Source: Antedon mediterranea (taxonomy: Eukaryota; Animalia; Echinodermata). From it: 64,000 bases of DNA. Below, piece by piece: positions 62,101 to 64,000 of this stretch. The position numbers and the translations under genes are program-made. Location: positions 18,473,648-18,537,647 of the forward strand of contig NC_092673.1 in NCBI RefSeq assembly GCF_964355755.1, given 5' to 3'. The notes beneath the pieces are model-generated. The model saw only the letters and a program-made list of their open reading frames with translations. It was not told where the DNA came from and searched no databases. Within the stretch, counting starts at the first letter, position 1; every line of letters starts with the position of its first letter.

Positions 62101-64000
62101 TACTTTGGAAACATCAGGCCTAGAGGCTTAAAAAAACGCAAGTAGACCTTTTTCAGTCGGGGAAATAAGTTTATTCCTCCCAAGTGTATGCGTGCGTACC
62201 ATCTGGACTTCCGAGTGGTGAGAAATTCATGACATAGGCCTACAGGTCATTGAAAATGTAATAACTTAGCTATAGTAAGATGTTTGCTAAGCGAAAATGG
62301 CACGTTTTTTTTGTTTAGTAATGGATGAAAAATTTATTTTAGGTGCCCCACGGTACAGAAGGTTACTTGTAAATTAAAAAATTGGTGAACATACGAACAA
62401 TTAACTTAATTCGTTTTTGCTGTAGTGTAGCGTACGTCGACACAGTACACGACGTAACCGTCGGTAAACTTCGCCTGGAAAATAACTACAGTACACATTT
62501 TGGTCCCTGGATGGAACATGATATCACGCGTCTCGACCCAACGTTGAACGATTCGTACAAAGGGATACTGCCAGACAAGTGCGTACCTAGCTATTGTTTA
62601 GTAGTAAGTTAGATCGCTGGCAATAATGAATGCATATCGAGTGCATAATATCACTCTGACGTACTCTCACGGTCAATGAAACGTCGCGGTTTTGTAGGCG
62701 CTGAAGCTAGCTACGAAGTGAACGCGAACGCTTTTTACTGTATATTATATTCCCCGACAAAAAGTACCCGTGTTCCCTTCGGTAACCGTCGGTAAACTTC
62801 GCCTGGAAAATAACTACATTACACATTTTGGTCCCTGGATGGAACTTGATATTACGCGTCTCGACCCAACGTTGAACGATTCGTACAAAGGAATACCGCC
62901 AGACAAGTGCGTACCTAGCTAATGTTTAGTAGTAAGTTAGATCGCTGGCAATAATGAATGCATAAAAGTGCATAATAGCCCTCTGACGTACTCTCACGGT
63001 CAATGGAACGTCGTGGTTTTCTAGGCGCTGAAGCTGTATGAAGTGAACGCGAACGTTTTTTACTGTATATTATATTCCCCGACAAAAAGTACCCGTGTTC
63101 CCCGACGCGGGGGCTAGGCTCCCCGACGAGGGGGCTAGAGCCCCCGTAGCCCCCCCGCTGGCGCCACCACTGGTGTCTTCTAGTACAGGTGCATGCAACC
63201 AAGGTATTAGGCAAGGTTAATACTCTTTAGTAGTACATATATAAATATATATAATAAATTTAGGTTTTTTTAATACAGATACAATGCAACATTTTCACCG
63301 GAAATGTTTTGAATATGTGACCTACTATTCCCTACTATTCTACTCACAGACTAGAATCGTCATGGTCAATAAAAACAATAACATCGTTGTATTGTCACGA
63401 TATTATTGCTCTTACTGACCATAACGTCATTTGATTGCACATGTGAAAATATTATTTTCATCAAAGGCAGCATATGTGGTTATCCTATAGTTCTAGTATT
63501 AAAACTTTTTAGATTTTCTTTGTTTTATGTATAAAAAATGCACATTTACCTAATTATCGTCGATTGTTATCGTCCTAGTGTAAATGGGCCTTTATTTCGA
63601 GTTTAGGGTGATAGAAGATTTTTTTTTATCATTGTCAGTGCTGTCATAGTTTTGCACAATATATATTTTAAATCAAACTCATTTTGATTTGAATCAGTGA
63701 AAATAATCATTGTCCAAATAATGGCCAGTAATTTTATTTGCAGATTCTAAAACCTACAACAATTTCCGAATTCTAAAAGCTAGTCTTGGTAAATGCTTTG
63801 TCGGTGAAAGATACCGTTGGATAAGGTTCCTACTATTTGATAAGTTGGATGTCAGTGAAATTACAAATATAGATTTCAATGGATATGACTTACTCAATCA
63901 CCTTGAACACAAAGGTTTAATCTCACCAACTAATGTTAACTTGCTGTTAGAGATTACAAATACATCTGAAATCCAACAGGCCAAAGATCTTGTATCAAAG
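56173..64000 (+). CDS. Gene 2 (spliced, 3'-incomplete): UPA-like domain, Gly/Ser linker and DED; paralog of gene 1
   Basis: Phase-compatible exons (ATG AG 56173-56177), 56909-57053, 57914-58057, 58676-58817, 59236-59265, 61400-(MITE)-63203/63215 and 63744-end; start codon uncertain. Confidence 0.7.
56909..58817 (+). CDS. Three exons encoding an UNC5-type UPA-like beta-sandwich domain
   Basis: KRMLLSVFG..EYQLTTIFC..GEQMLIPP..ITVEVLDQQWK..IVIAEYLWRG..FFLKR..LKATVLLSQ aligns by eye with UNC5 UPA motifs recalled as KRLQLAVFA, EYSLRVYC, GGYLVEEP, EIPFYHIWSG, FTLER, CKICVRQ. Confidence 0.72.
57500..57829. mobile_element. Partial copy of the Kolobok-like MITE found at 2106-2731
   Basis: Shared GTCATTCCTTGT..TAAATGTACGTTTTATGG, CACGATCGATCGAAAAGTGGG and the end GTAGGGAATGGGACT|TTAA. 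Confidence 0.75.
59270..60874 (+). mobile_element. 5'-truncated, inactivated LINE (CR1/L2-group RT) in an intron of gene 2
   Basis: DLRPISLT, QFGSR, GVPQGTLLGPVLF, YVDD, LLGV, RPILEYA; in-frame TGA at 59504; internal deletion near 59697 removes the DxxKAFD motif; A-rich tail at 60858-60874. Confidence 0.9.
60900..61155 (-). mobile_element. 5S rRNA-derived SINE (SINE3-like) or 5S pseudogene with a 3' extension
   Basis: Minus strand TCTGATCACCGAAGTTAAGCAATGTTGGACCTGGTTGGAGCTTGGATGGGAGACCATCTAGGAATA matches the 5S rRNA A-box/IE/C-box region with substitutions; followed by a non-5S body. Confidence 0.75.
61400..61553 (+). repeat. Coding 18-bp tandem repeat (GVSSGA)n, a linker exon of gene 2
   Basis: GVPSST GVSSGI GVSSGT GVSSGV GVSSSA GVSSGA GMSSGA...; the frame resumes after the MITE at 63181 (SSTGACNQG). 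Confidence 0.75.
61554..63172. mobile_element. Non-autonomous hAT element inserted into an exon of gene 2
   Basis: 15-bp TIR CAGGGGTGGCGCCAG / CTGGCGCCACCACTG; 8-bp TSD GTGTCTTC (61546-61553, 63173-63180); internal ~328-bp tandem duplication at 62454-63102. Confidence 0.9.
63744..64000 (+). CDS. Gene 2 DED exon (runs off the window), paralog of 1552-2091
   Basis: ttgcag|AT acceptor; DSKTYNNFRILKASLGKCFVGERYRWIRFLLFDKLDVSEITNIDFNGYDLLNHLEHKGLISPTNVNLLLEITNTSEIQQAKDLVSK, open to the window end. Confidence 0.85.

Noticed and set aside
63340-63593. Imperfect palindrome plus a Harbinger-like end (TAGTGTAAATGGGCCT|TTA)
   Set aside because: Left terminus not identifiable; probably a decayed MITE but boundaries unsupported

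Overview
AT-rich, intron-containing animal genomic DNA. The abundant TAGGCCTA motifs and the transposon spectrum suggest an echinoderm, possibly a crinoid (inference). Two paralogous spliced host genes on the + strand bracket the window. Gene 1 (908-6239, 5' end outside the window) encodes two tandem death-effector-like domains (DED), an acidic linker and two C-terminal transmembrane helices. Gene 2 (about 56173 to beyond 64000) encodes an UNC5-type UPA-like domain, a Gly/Ser hexapeptide linker and a DED paralogous to that of gene 1, with a strong excess of amino-acid-changing differences. The roughly 50 kb between them is mostly transposable elements: two decayed BEL/Pao LTR retrotransposons, two 5'-truncated LINEs, a near-intact 5-exon Zator-type element at the centre of a four-level nest, two related non-autonomous Helitrons, Helentron/HINE-like elements, Harbinger-, hAT-, Kolobok- and MULE/Merlin-like MITEs, a 3.3-kb foldback palindrome, a 5S-derived SINE, a Penelope-like hammerhead remnant and six minisatellites. 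All exon structures and family assignments were made by eye; no searches were run.
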